In this document: positions 36,841 through 46,005 of the stretch, piece after piece
Position numbering within the stretch: position 1 is the stretch's first letter
Layout of the letters: each line of letters opens with the position of its first letter
Source: a virus
Taxonomy: Duplodnaviria; Heunggongvirae; Uroviricota; Caudoviricetes
Strand: one strand, 5' to 3'
Virus record (IMG/VR): IMGVR_UViG_3300042691_040811
DNA length: 51,231 nt
Made by a program: the position numbers and the translations under genes
Notes under the pieces: generated by a model
Databases searched by the model: none
What the model saw: only the letters and a program-made list of their open reading frames with translations
What the model was told of the DNA's origin: nothing

Positions 36841-37456
36841 TCAGGTTGTAAATATAGTGGTCAGAAGTCTCAAAGTTTCTGGTGTTTTCTACAGAGTACA
36901 CCGTAGTATCAATTTCGTAGCCAGGGTTACGTTCAATGCGGTTGAACGTCCATGCGCTATCATACCATATTACCCTATTGTTTGGATAGGAGTAATAATT
37001 CCCTGTCTCTGCCTTGAAAAGATGGGCACACTTATGCTCTGGCGTCTCAGAATAGTTGAAATCAGTAAGGGCCTTATTCTCAAAGGACCAATCCAAGGTA
37101 AACATGTACTCCCCTTGGACTTTTGTGTTGTCGGGACGGATAAGGTCCGCCTTCAACCCCGCTAACCTGTTACGCCTCTGCACATCAATGTATGAGGAAA
37201 AACAATCCCAATACGTTATTTGGGACAGCGGTTCCGGTTCTGCATCTGGTTTCCAACACAGTGCGTGCAATGGTCTACGGGTCCAGTTTACGCCATTTTC
37301 CAAAAAGCATTCAAATAGTGGAGTTCTCTTTTCCATTGATGCGACGCAATGGACATCACACTTTGTTACTTTGCCATGACCCTTTTTGTGGTTGTAGAGA
37401 AACTCGTTGCGAATGTAGCAGGACCAGTCTGGAAGGTTGTGATTTAAGTATGCCAT
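36818..37456 (-). CDS. Conserved cyanophage-type hypothetical protein
   Basis: MAYLNHNLP...YIRNEFLY...LENGVNWTRRPLHA...WDCFS...PEHKC.H...YPNNR pattern. Confidence 0.8.
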   Translation of the reverse strand: MAYLNHNLPDWSCYIRNEFLYNHKKGHGKVTKCDVHCVASMEKRTPLFECFLENGVNWTRRPLHALCWKPDAEPEPLSQITYWDCFSSYIDVQRRNRLAGLKADLIRPDNTKVQGEYMFTLDWSFENKALTDFNYSETPEHKCAHLFKAETGNYYSYPNNRVIWYDSAWTFNRIERNPGYEIDTTVYSVENTRNFETSDHYIYNLNGKGTTE

Positions 37457-37462
37457 TTTGCC

Positions 37463-37942
37463 TTAAATAATAACATCTAATTTATCTAAGATGCGGTCTA
37501 ACTTTCTGCCGATGATGGGCCTGCCATCGTCCCATGCAAAGTCCGCCAATCTACCCAGCTCAGATTTAATCACCCATAGTTCCTCAATGGTGTAGACAGA
37601 GCGAAAGTTAGGGCCAGAGGCAAATTGCTGTAGTCTTTGAGTAACATCAGAAGGCATATGCCCATCCCAGCGTCTCCCACGTTCCAACTCTTGAGCACCT
37701 GTCTTCTGAGCAATTTCCCACATTTCTACGGGGAGGTGGTACGTGATGGTTCCGTTGGGCAAGTCTACCCCGATGATAAACCACTCTCCATCGCCAAAGC
37801 AAAGCTCCCCATCTTCATGCCTTCTACTAAACCACGATAGCTGAGGCATTGCCTTCATTAAGGCTAGGCAGAGGGAATGCCTGTGCTCGTATAGTTCGGC
37901 AAAGGTATGGTACCCGTCGCTTTGCTCTGATACGCTAGTCAT
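37463..37942 (-). CDS. Conserved phage protein (WDGH motif)
   Basis: SDGYHTFAELYEHR...WFIIG.DLP.G.ITYHLP...WDGH. Confidence 0.75.
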   Translation of the reverse strand: MTSVSEQSDGYHTFAELYEHRHSLCLALMKAMPQLSWFSRRHEDGELCFGDGEWFIIGVDLPNGTITYHLPVEMWEIAQKTGAQELERGRRWDGHMPSDVTQRLQQFASGPNFRSVYTIEELWVIKSELGRLADFAWDDGRPIIGRKLDRILDKLDVII

Positions 37943-38055
37943 GTTAATTCAAGATAATACGACTTAGTAGAAATTTTTTAAAAGTTTTCAAACTGTTCTA
38001 CATAGTTAAAACTTACTCTGTAGACCCATGAGTTTTTTTTTGCAAAGATGTTCCA

Positions 38056-38391
38056 TTACTCACCCAAATCACCCATATCCCTAGGGAGTAGTTGTTCCCG
38101 TATATCAAAGACAACAAACTTACCGTAGTCGTCCAATCTGTACACAAAATACCACCCCTCAGAGTTGTCGCCAATAATCTCCCTGACTTGCACGAAGCTA
38201 AGTAGGCCTATGGGTCCCCAGTCACTCCATTCCCCAGTCTCCTTGAAATACTCGTAGTTTCCGTAACTGAGGAAAAGTAGGGAGGATTTCTCAATTGCCC
38301 CGTCTTCGTTGACTCGGACCCTGTGGGGACCCTTATCCAGAATTAACCCAGGGTTTGTCATTTTAACTTTACCTTGATGAATCTTTGACAA
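38056..38391 (-). CDS. Hypothetical protein
   Basis: 111-aa ORF. Confidence 0.5.
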   Translation of the reverse strand: MSKIHQGKVKMTNPGLILDKGPHRVRVNEDGAIEKSSLLFLSYGNYEYFKETGEWSDWGPIGLLSFVQVREIIGDNSEGWYFVYRLDDYGKFVVFDIREQLLPRDMGDLGE

Positions 38392-38608
38392 TTTCCAAGA
38401 GCTTCATAAATTCTGGATCGTAACCCTTAATAAGTTTTTCAATAGATGTAACAAGCTCCCGCTGTTGAGCAGCCATTTCCCTATACCCGCTACCTACGTA
38501 AAACTGTCCAGAGCAAACTGCAATTGTAGCAATCCCCCAAAATACATAGTACCACTTTGACTTAACCTGATGCTTGCCCATTGCCTCTTTGTCTTCCATC
38601 TTGCTCAC
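38369..38608 (-). CDS. Small single-TM cyanophage-type protein
   Basis: KSKWYYVFWGIATIAVCSGQFYVGSGYREMA. Confidence 0.65.
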   Translation of the reverse strand: MSKMEDKEAMGKHQVKSKWYYVFWGIATIAVCSGQFYVGSGYREMAAQQRELVTSIEKLIKGYDPEFMKLLEIVKDSSR

Positions 38609-39426
38609 TGGTTATCAATTAGGTTCCACAGTTTGCCCTCATTTACAAGGTTAGGGTCGAACCTTGAAAATATAGCAAATTTTAGAACCTTATTACCTGG
38701 AACAGAGCAAACACTGATCACCTCAGCGCCTTCCTCCGTCAACTTTTGTACAATAAGATGAGCTTCAGAGATGTCTTCCGCATACATCGTCAATGCTTTC
38801 TTTGCCGTCTGCTCTTTGTCCAATGCCCCTGCATCCTTACTTTGCACCTTTGGGGCTGTGCATTTGTCAGTGGGCAGCCCTAACCTACCAATAACCCTTT
38901 CCTGAACAAACTGCACAACTTCGTCCAACCCCAAGGAATCCCAACCATTGTAGGCATCAGCCTCTGCATTCCAAGCATCCTCAATTTGCTCTAGGGTTTC
39001 GTAGTTGTAATGGAATGGTTCGGAGGACGACATAAGTAGATTTTCTAAGAATTTTGCTCTATTGTAACCATCGAGGAAAGAATCTCCGAAGCACTTGTTA
39101 AAGCCTTCCTTGATTTTTATTCGGTCAACGCCTTTAGCCTTTAGCAAACCATCCCAAAAGGAAGTAAAATCTAATCTTTCTGTACCTTGGGGGCTAATCT
39201 CAAAGTAACCGCACTCCCTGACAATCTCACTTTGTAGTCGTCCCTCAGCATTCATCTGGAAAAACTTTTCCAATAGCTCTTTGCCTAAAAGTTTCCCTTG
39301 GCCGTTTACTTTAGCCATGTAGGGGCAACTGTCGGGTAGCGAGCATTGCCCGCAAGACGAGTTGTTAGTGATGTAGTCGGGGGCGTAACACCATCCTGCA
39401 TCCCAATATTGGCACTTGTGTTCCAT
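38605..39426 (-). CDS. Mosaic hypothetical protein
   Basis: 273-aa ORF with a Cys-rich N-terminus. Confidence 0.6.
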   Translation of the reverse strand: MEHKCQYWDAGWCYAPDYITNNSSCGQCSLPDSCPYMAKVNGQGKLLGKELLEKFFQMNAEGRLQSEIVRECGYFEISPQGTERLDFTSFWDGLLKAKGVDRIKIKEGFNKCFGDSFLDGYNRAKFLENLLMSSSEPFHYNYETLEQIEDAWNAEADAYNGWDSLGLDEVVQFVQERVIGRLGLPTDKCTAPKVQSKDAGALDKEQTAKKALTMYAEDISEAHLIVQKLTEEGAEVISVCSVPGNKVLKFAIFSRFDPNLVNEGKLWNLIDNQ

Positions 39427-39830
39427 CAGTCACCCTCAGAGTTTGACTTATCCAGACTTGACATGATAATACCCCTTATAAGCTGTATTTTGCTCCTATG
39501 GATGTAAGCATCAGAGGACTCTAACGCTTCCTTAATCTCCTCCAAGTATCTCAAAGCATCTTGCTCTCTGGCCCCCAAACGACGGTAATACCTAAGCTCG
39601 GCTCCCCAATCCTCACCAAACTGGTCGTCAACCCACTTCTCGCAAGAGTCTAGCTCAAGGTCCGCACCATGCTTTGACATTGCGGATGCGAACTTCATCG
39701 CCTCAGCTTTAGGGAAAGCAGGCATTACATCTGGGTCAGGCACGTCATAACCTGCTTCAAACATCGCTCTTTGGATAACTGCCGGAGTTACCAAGTCTGG
39801 CTGATTAGTCAATATGTGGCTTTTTTCCAT
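39426..39830 (-). CDS. Hypothetical protein
   Basis: 134-aa ORF, coupled stop/start. Confidence 0.6.
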   Translation of the reverse strand: MEKSHILTNQPDLVTPAVIQRAMFEAGYDVPDPDVMPAFPKAEAMKFASAMSKHGADLELDSCEKWVDDQFGEDWGAELRYYRRLGAREQDALRYLEEIKEALESSDAYIHRSKIQLIRGIIMSSLDKSNSEGD

Positions 39831-39835
39831 TTTTC

Positions 39836-40084
39836 TTAACAGTTTTCTGGTAAAGAGCCCAGATTGGGGACAGTGTATGCAACTTCTACGGGTACATACC
39901 TGACGATTTCCACTTTGCGGTGATAGCTGTATCTAGTTGGAGGACAATTAGGTCCGTCGTCAACTTCTCTAAGGCAATCCTCAAAGGTATCTCCTCTGAT
40001 TGCGATTGTCTCTGGGCCGTTGCTTGTATGGATAACTACCCTGTAAACGTCCGGGTAAGCATCCATTTTGCCATCATTCAACAT
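39836..40084 (-). CDS. Hypothetical protein
   Basis: 82-aa ORF. Confidence 0.5.
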   Translation of the reverse strand: MLNDGKMDAYPDVYRVVIHTSNGPETIAIRGDTFEDCLREVDDGPNCPPTRYSYHRKVEIVRYVPVEVAYTVPNLGSLPENC

Positions 40085-40338
40085 CTCATTAGCTCCCCAT
40101 TAGGCCCATTGGGCCTATTCCAGCTTGGCGACAGGGGATTACCATCATGCAAATCTTGTAACTTTTGCTGATACTCTGGGGGACCAGCCTTAGGGTCAAT
40201 GTCGTGCTTAAAAGCCAAGGCAAGATGGTTGCGCACAATGGCTACTTGGGCCGGAGTTAAAGAGACTTCCTTCTGTTCTCCACTTGCGGCAATTTCAAAG
40301 TAGCCTTGCAGCCAATAGCAAAATTCGGTAGCATTCAT
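40078..40338 (-). CDS. Conserved small phage protein
   Basis: EFCYWLQGYFEI...LT..QV..VRNHL.LAFKH.ID motif. Confidence 0.7.
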   Translation of the reverse strand: MNATEFCYWLQGYFEIAASGEQKEVSLTPAQVAIVRNHLALAFKHDIDPKAGPPEYQQKLQDLHDGNPLSPSWNRPNGPNGELMRC

Positions 40339-40479
40339 TTTTGTAAAATCAAAAATTGTTGTTGCCGTCTACAAAACCCAGAAGATAGCCGATGTAAACC
40401 CCGCCGAGAAAGGCAACGAGGAAGTATAGGGAGCTTATGGCTAATTTGGCAAGTTCTTGGTATGTGATTTCTAACTGCA

Positions 40480-40716
40480 TTAGTAGATGTGAGAAATGAA
40501 GGCGACGGTGCATTCACCGTAAGGGCGAAGCTCCCACATGTCGCCATGATTGTAAGTACGGCACCTTGTGCCAGTCAGACCTAGAGCTTTCTTGGCGGCG
40601 ATGACAATGCTTCGATCTGAGGCATTATCAGGAAGCTCGACATCAGCTCGCCTAACCCACGAGTAGTTGGCTTCCCCGCCGAAGGTATCGGTGTGCTCAC
40701 ACTGCAGTTTAATCAT
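40480..40716 (-). CDS. Conserved small phage protein
   Basis: EHTDTFGGEANYSWVRR motif. Confidence 0.7.
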   Translation of the reverse strand: MIKLQCEHTDTFGGEANYSWVRRADVELPDNASDRSIVIAAKKALGLTGTRCRTYNHGDMWELRPYGECTVAFISHIY

Positions 40717-40741
40717 TTTGCCTCCGAGAGTTAAGGTGAAA

Positions 40742-41023
40742 TTAGGGAGCTTCCGCTACAAGGAAGATTGCGTAAAGGGTTGCTAAAATGGCTAGAAAAA
40801 CTAATGTCAGCCAAACTGGGGCAAAAACCCACAGCCATGGCAGCGGTGCCCCTACCACTTTAGCAGCCAGGAGCCCCAGTGTCAACTTCCATGTTGCTCC
40901 AATGTTTCTGGTGATACCCATTTTGCTCCAATCAGGGGGTGAAAACACGGGTCCAAAGGAAACGATTATTGACAGTGCACCAAAACTTGACAACCTTATG
41001 TTTATTGCGGAGCCACGGGGCAA
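40742..41023 (-). CDS. Small membrane protein; paralog of 48841..49047
   Basis: LLAAKVVGAPLPWLWVFAPVW versus FIGLKLTGYITWPWIWVLSPIW. Confidence 0.55.
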   Translation of the reverse strand: MPRGSAINIRLSSFGALSIIVSFGPVFSPPDWSKMGITRNIGATWKLTLGLLAAKVVGAPLPWLWVFAPVWLTLVFLAILATLYAIFLVAEAP

Positions 41024-41105
41024 ACTCCGAGAGGCTGGCCAGGGCGGCTTTACGGGTGGTCCAGACGGCGGCCTGAGGCATGGGAATCTGAGCAGTTACC
41101 CCTAC

Positions 41106-41240
41106 ATTGTAGCACCTTGCTTCCAGGGTTGACAACCCTTACGGTTTAAGCAAGGGGGCAAGCACCTTGCCCCTAGGGCTGGAAACTCCCAGAGATTTAG
41201 TGGTGAGCAGGCACCTTGCTCTTAGGGTTGCAAACTTTGG
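41106..41240 (-). promoter_or_regulatory. -35-less promoter with three ~50-bp tandem repeat units
   Basis: TGCTACAAT at 41106-41114; + strand (A/G)GCACCTTGC...AGGG units at 41111, 41161 and 41210. Confidence 0.7.
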
Positions 41241-41297
41241 GGCTTCAAACCCTAGGCTGGAGGGGCAGCCCGCTGCTGAGGCCACCCCTGTCTCACC

Positions 41298-41834
41298 TCA
41301 AGGAAGAATCACAGATTTAGACTCCATCATGTTGTGAAGGATGCTCTTAGCAGTTTCTCCGCAATGGGGGCACTTGGTAGAGTGTTTGATTGCGGACTTG
41401 ACGGCAGGGTTGGGGGTGTATCCAGAAATTAGATCCCGATTATACCTATAGACGGCATTGACCAACTTGATGACCTGGCGCATCTTAACATCGTTCCTAT
41501 AACGACTAGACACAGTCGTCATCTGCAGCAAGTTATTACTCTTTCTCACCTTGAGCAAGCCCCCCTTAACCTGTTCAACAACAGTCTCAGGGATGTGCCC
41601 CTTAATAGACTCCTCAATGGCAAGCTCCAGCTTAACAACTTGCTGTACTTTAGTGAGCTTCTCTGCGAAGGAAACAACCTTTTGCTGTTGCTTAGGTTCC
41701 CACTTTGCCTTGATGATGCTATTGAGTTTTTCACGAGGAGAACGTTGCTCCTCAAGCTGTGCCTTGCGGTGTGCAAGACGTTGCATAAGGTTTTCAATTT
41801 TGCCAGGTTGATGATGCTGTTGTTGAGCGGACAT
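41298..41834 (-). CDS. Hypothetical coiled-coil protein with C-terminal CxxC
   Basis: 178-aa ORF ending KCPHCG. Confidence 0.6.
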   Translation of the reverse strand: MSAQQQHHQPGKIENLMQRLAHRKAQLEEQRSPREKLNSIIKAKWEPKQQQKVVSFAEKLTKVQQVVKLELAIEESIKGHIPETVVEQVKGGLLKVRKSNNLLQMTTVSSRYRNDVKMRQVIKLVNAVYRYNRDLISGYTPNPAVKSAIKHSTKCPHCGETAKSILHNMMESKSVILP

Positions 41835-41872
41835 TTTTGAAAAGTTGCTTGAGGGTCTAAACAGATAGGCAG

Positions 41873-42463
41873 TCAGTCGGGCAAAAGCCCAACCTCAGAA
41901 AATGCGTTAAGAGTTGATAGTGCGACAGGGTTGCCGCTCTTTTTAAACTCCCTGATGTACTCCATCGCCCTCTTAGGCTTCACGTAGTCACCCCTGACCC
42001 GGTTAGAAAGGTGCAAGCGGTAAACGGCGAATCCTACTTTCGCAGTTTCAACAACCTCACTATCCTCTACGGTCTTGTAAAACCTTTGGGTAAACTTGAA
42101 ATCCCTCTTCCTGACGCAATCTCCCAGAGTCTTGAAGAAAAGGTCTGTGTTATCCTTGCCAATGCGACTCTCTAGGACAATCTTGAACCCTTCCTTAAGG
42201 ATAAAGTCTTCTTTTTCTTTGAGGGTGTCCCTCTTAAACTCCTCGGTAAGCTCATTCTCTACATCAGTCCAAACTTCTGCAAACTTTTCCTCAACAACCT
42301 CACTAATGTGTCTTTGCTCCTTAGCCTGTTTCTCTTTGAGCTTTGCTTCCTCAAGGGCCGCAGCCAGTTGAGGCATCAAGCTGTCAATATCCTCAATTGA
42401 CATTTTGTCAATTTCATCCCAGTCAAAGGAATCATTGAAGGGAGACTTTTGGGAAAGGCCCAT
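41873..42463 (-). CDS. Hypothetical E/K-rich protein
   Basis: 196-aa ORF. Confidence 0.65.
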   Translation of the reverse strand: MGLSQKSPFNDSFDWDEIDKMSIEDIDSLMPQLAAALEEAKLKEKQAKEQRHISEVVEEKFAEVWTDVENELTEEFKRDTLKEKEDFILKEGFKIVLESRIGKDNTDLFFKTLGDCVRKRDFKFTQRFYKTVEDSEVVETAKVGFAVYRLHLSNRVRGDYVKPKRAMEYIREFKKSGNPVALSTLNAFSEVGLLPD

Positions 42464-42591
42464 TTCGATTTATCAGTTTTGTAAACAGGGGCAAACTCCT
42501 TCGCCCCTGCTGCCATGGTAGCCTCTTGTAGCTTGGGTGGCAAGCCTTTCCCCTCAGGCTTAAGATTCCCTTCTGACTTGGCCCTTAAGGG

Positions 42592-42777
42592 TCAATCCTC
42601 ATCGCCATCCTCATCAGAAATCATGTCAAGAGTAAATCCCTTAAACATGTCCTTGATTTTAGGATCCGAATAGTTGTCTTTGAGGCTCCGCTTCAGACTT
42701 TCCGGGGTCAGCTTCATCCCGTCCAAGTTCGGAAAGTTCTCCTGACGGGGGAATTTGACGAAATCGTTAATGTTCAT
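42592..42777 (-). CDS. Small acidic-tailed protein
   Basis: 61 aa, first gene after the promoter at 42840-42869. Confidence 0.55.
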   Translation of the reverse strand: MNINDFVKFPRQENFPNLDGMKLTPESLKRSLKDNYSDPKIKDMFKGFTLDMISDEDGDED

Positions 42778-42839
42778 TTTAGGTGTAGGGTTGAGGTAAG
42801 GTGGTCACCAGGCTCTGCCGTGGCTCCCGATTCCTAAGT

Positions 42840-42869
42840 ATTGTAGCACGTGCAGCAAAAGGGCGTCAA
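42840..42869 (-). promoter_or_regulatory. Sigma70-type promoter
   Basis: TTGACG-18-TACAAT with TGC extension. Confidence 0.7.
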
Positions 42870-44011
42870 CCCTCTTCCCCGTAGCGATCCCGGAAGTCCT
42901 TGGCTGCCGGGGCATCCTCAGAGGAAACCTTACCCCCATCATACCTCATGATCTCCCTTCCGGATAAACCATCGGTTATTGATGCAGAGTCTACCAACTT
43001 GGCTAGTGGTTCGAAGTTCCTAGGTACGTTCTTGTAGGCATTTTCTATGGCCTCTATAGGGACGAATCTGCCCCCGCCCATGCTAATGGGCAGACCAGAC
43101 CTCGCTATGGCCCTTTGAATCCCTTCTCTCGCTGGGACATGCTGAGCAATAATCTCTATGTTATAACCTTTCTTCCTCAACTCTTTTATTTGCTCCTGGT
43201 AGTGATTTAGGCTGGCACCCGTCCCGTCCCAAATGTAGTTTAGCTTGGCGGACCTTGCTTTTCTCCCTAATTTAGAGGCTATGGTTCCACTACTTGCATT
43301 AACGGTGTTCGCTATGCCCTTAAACCCCATTGCTACACCGAATTGGTACTCAGGGAGTAGGGCCTTAATAGCATCGGGATCAATGTGGACAAACCCACTC
43401 TTTCCTTCCATCATCTTGGCCAGCAAAGTAGTTTTCCCTGAGCCGGGGCCACCCATCATGTAGATGGCTTGAGGCGGATCTCCCTTAGCACCTTTGTCCA
43501 GGAATTGCTGAACCATAGATTCTATGTATTTTTCTCTTGCCTCTGTTTTGAACTTTGTAAATTTTTCCTCAAGGTTGAACCTGTCAGGGTACCACCTCTT
43601 AGGCTGATGTTCAAATGGCTTCCCGTCAGCACCAATTCTTATCTCCATAGGTCTCCCTTCCAGTTTGTTCAATAAGGCATCTATGGCCTCAGTTTTTCTA
43701 CTTAAGTTCGCTAGAACTCTGAAAGTTTTTTCGTTAGGGTTTTCGAAATGGGTTCCCTGGCCGTCCCCTCTGTCTTTGCTGAGAAACGCATAAACCTCAT
43801 CAACTTTTTGGGCACGAGCACTCTCAAGCCTAGCAATCTGCTCTTTTACTGTTCCCTTTTTAGAGCGTTTATTTACCTCACCAGCCACCGTGGATAACCC
43901 TTGACCCACACTATCCCTGGCTTCCTTTTGACATATCTTTCTTCTTTCGATGCAGGTTGCCCCGCAGGGCTTACCCTTATCACACAGCCTCTTCCCTTTC
44001 CCCTTATTCAT
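42866..44011 (-). CDS. Zeta-toxin-like P-loop kinase with N-terminal Cys4 module
   Basis: YMMGGPGSGKTT, HIDPDAIK, IWDGTG, GGRFVP.E.I...Y; N-terminal CDKGKPCGATCIERRKIC. Confidence 0.85.
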   Translation of the reverse strand: MNKGKGKRLCDKGKPCGATCIERRKICQKEARDSVGQGLSTVAGEVNKRSKKGTVKEQIARLESARAQKVDEVYAFLSKDRGDGQGTHFENPNEKTFRVLANLSRKTEAIDALLNKLEGRPMEIRIGADGKPFEHQPKRWYPDRFNLEEKFTKFKTEAREKYIESMVQQFLDKGAKGDPPQAIYMMGGPGSGKTTLLAKMMEGKSGFVHIDPDAIKALLPEYQFGVAMGFKGIANTVNASSGTIASKLGRKARSAKLNYIWDGTGASLNHYQEQIKELRKKGYNIEIIAQHVPAREGIQRAIARSGLPISMGGGRFVPIEAIENAYKNVPRNFEPLAKLVDSASITDGLSGREIMRYDGGKVSSEDAPAAKDFRDRYGEEG

Positions 44012-44035
44012 AACTGCCTTAAGTGTATAAAAAGG

Positions 44036-45451
44036 TTATACCCCTTTGCCTCTACTTTTGACCTTTTTACCAAGATTCTCGGGCAAGGTCATTCCCTTAA
44101 TCTTCGCAACCCTTTTGTTCAACATAGCCCAATCATCCTCATCGAGGAACTCAAAATGCACAGTGCCCTTTTTGTGCGCCTTAAATCTAAAGAAGCCATG
44201 CTCATACCATGAGCCAGCGTGCAGTCTGTCCATTCCACCGATAGGAAATTTCACATCATCATAGGATTTACCTGTGATAGAACAAAGGGCCTTGACAAGG
44301 TCATCAATTTTGGTAGCTTCACCACCATAACTAGGGATTCTAACTCCTCCCCCAGACCATTCCAATTCAGCAAGGTGTGGAAAAATAAATTTTTTGTTGA
44401 ATAGGTAGGAACCATTGGTTACCCACCCTTCAACTTGCCACCTATTTTCCTTAGTATGCTTAGTTAGTTTATCGAAAATTTCCTCAACTGCCCTGTCAAC
44501 CCTTTGCTCCTGAGTTCCCATCACGATTTGCACCATACGCAAAATGTTCCTCTCTGTGAAAGGGATATGAGATTGTTGTTCTACGAATTTGTTGATGTCG
44601 GAGCGCAGACCGGAAGTTGCCATTTTCTCTGGCAAAATGCGCTTAAACACGTATTTCCAAGCTTCCTTTTGTAGGTCTTTGCGAAACCTATTTCTCGATA
44701 CTGGTTCCCCATCTTGCGTAACTTGCATACCCAAGTCCCCTCCATAAAACCCTTTGAGGACATTTTGCAACCTAACTGCCGCAGCAAGCTGCTCATCGTA
44801 GATGCGGCAAGCTTCCACATAACGGTTTACAATGTCCCGTGTTACCCTATAAGGGATCAGTCCTTGACCTTGGGCCTCAACCTCATCAGGTCCCATAAAG
44901 AACCCCTCGTATTGCTCCTCCGTGGAATAACCGGGTTTTTCCAAAAAGATTAGCCCGATTTCAACACGGGTAGCCCTCTCGGCATCCTCAAACGCTGCTC
45001 CCACATTTTGACTATTGCCATAGCCTTCAATTAATTGTTTAAGCTGCTCCCTCTTTTTCCCATAAGAGTAATTGTTGAGGGTACTCCAGTTACAAAGGGA
45101 GATAATTTTGCATCCTGGCGGCGCAATTTCCCAGGCGTGCAGAATGTGATCCTCATCCGCAGAAAACGGAGGGTTCATCACAATGAAATCTACGTGGCTT
45201 ATTGCCTCGGGTTGAAGTTGTAGGAAGTCGCCACCGATTAGGCGACTGTTCGGGATAGCGGCGAGAATTGAGCGAAGTTTGGGTTCTACCTCCGCTGTTA
45301 GAACCTCTGACGCCCCACGACTAAGGCATTCTTGCACAAGGTTGCCGCTGCCTGCGCTGGGTTCCAAAACGATGCACCCTTTGATGTCAAAAGGGTCAAG
45401 CATCGCCGCTGCAACTTCGGGAGGGGTCGGATAAAAGTCTTTGTTTAGCAT
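44036..45451 (-). CDS. Class I SAM-dependent DNA methyltransferase with DUF4942-like C-terminus
   Basis: DFYPTP, VLEPSAGSG, IVMNPPFS; C-terminal FFRFKAHKKGTVHFEF. Confidence 0.9.
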   Translation of the reverse strand: MLNKDFYPTPPEVAAAMLDPFDIKGCIVLEPSAGSGNLVQECLSRGASEVLTAEVEPKLRSILAAIPNSRLIGGDFLQLQPEAISHVDFIVMNPPFSADEDHILHAWEIAPPGCKIISLCNWSTLNNYSYGKKREQLKQLIEGYGNSQNVGAAFEDAERATRVEIGLIFLEKPGYSTEEQYEGFFMGPDEVEAQGQGLIPYRVTRDIVNRYVEACRIYDEQLAAAVRLQNVLKGFYGGDLGMQVTQDGEPVSRNRFRKDLQKEAWKYVFKRILPEKMATSGLRSDINKFVEQQSHIPFTERNILRMVQIVMGTQEQRVDRAVEEIFDKLTKHTKENRWQVEGWVTNGSYLFNKKFIFPHLAELEWSGGGVRIPSYGGEATKIDDLVKALCSITGKSYDDVKFPIGGMDRLHAGSWYEHGFFRFKAHKKGTVHFEFLDEDDWAMLNKRVAKIKGMTLPENLGKKVKSRGKGV

Positions 45452-45511
45452 CTTGCTTTAAGTTTTGTTTGTCTAAAGGTTATAGAATTGTGTCTTAGGG
45501 CTCCATCAGCC

Positions 45512-45817
45512 TCACTGGCGATTGGCGGCATCCATTCCCGCCTGATAGGCAGCTTCCAAGGCATTCTTCAAAAGGATCACGCCAACCTCATAGAAGTCCA
45601 GATCGTCCCGGCCCCGGCGTTGCAAAGTTTTCACCCCCATTTCCTTTCGGGCAATGCGTTCCAACACCGTGTCCCGGTTGAAAGTACGCATTGCGTTGGC
45701 CGTATCCCGGTGGTTCAGGATGGCTTCTGCCAGTGCGGCTGCCCCCAGGCTGTTCGACCCGTCAACCTGACGGATGATCTGGGCCAAGCTATCAATTGCT
45801 TCTACGGGTGCTTCCAT
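45512..45817 (-). CDS. DUF6900-like small protein
   Basis: LERIARKEMGVKTLQRRGRDDLDFYEV...ALEAAYQAG. Confidence 0.55.
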   Translation of the reverse strand: MEAPVEAIDSLAQIIRQVDGSNSLGAAALAEAILNHRDTANAMRTFNRDTVLERIARKEMGVKTLQRRGRDDLDFYEVGVILLKNALEAAYQAGMDAANRQ

Positions 45818-45831
45818 GGTTTCCTAACAGT

Positions 45832-45985
45832 GGCGGCCTCGGGCCGCCGGACTTGAGTATTGTAGCACCTTGCCCTTAGGGTTGGCGACTCCGGGGTTTG
45901 ATATGGGGGCAAGCACCTTGCTCTAAGGGTTGGCGACTCCCAGAGCCCCAACGCCGGGACACCCTGCCCTTATGGTTTCCGACCT
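45832..45985 (-). promoter_or_regulatory. -35-less promoter with three 46-48-bp tandem repeat units and a 5' hairpin
   Basis: TGCTACAAT at 45859-45867; + strand AGCACCTTGC.C..AGGGTTGGCGACTCC at 45864 and 45912, degenerate unit at 45958; hairpin GGCGGC-CCGAG-GCCGCC-AC. Confidence 0.7.
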
Positions 45986-46005
45986 TAGGGTTTAGGCAGG
46001 AAGTC

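Noticed and set aside
41111-41240. Repeat-spacer appearance suggesting a mini CRISPR array (also 32903 and 45864)
   Set aside because: Only 2-3 degenerate units, the intervening sequences resemble each other across loci, the first unit overlaps a promoter, and no cas genes are present.
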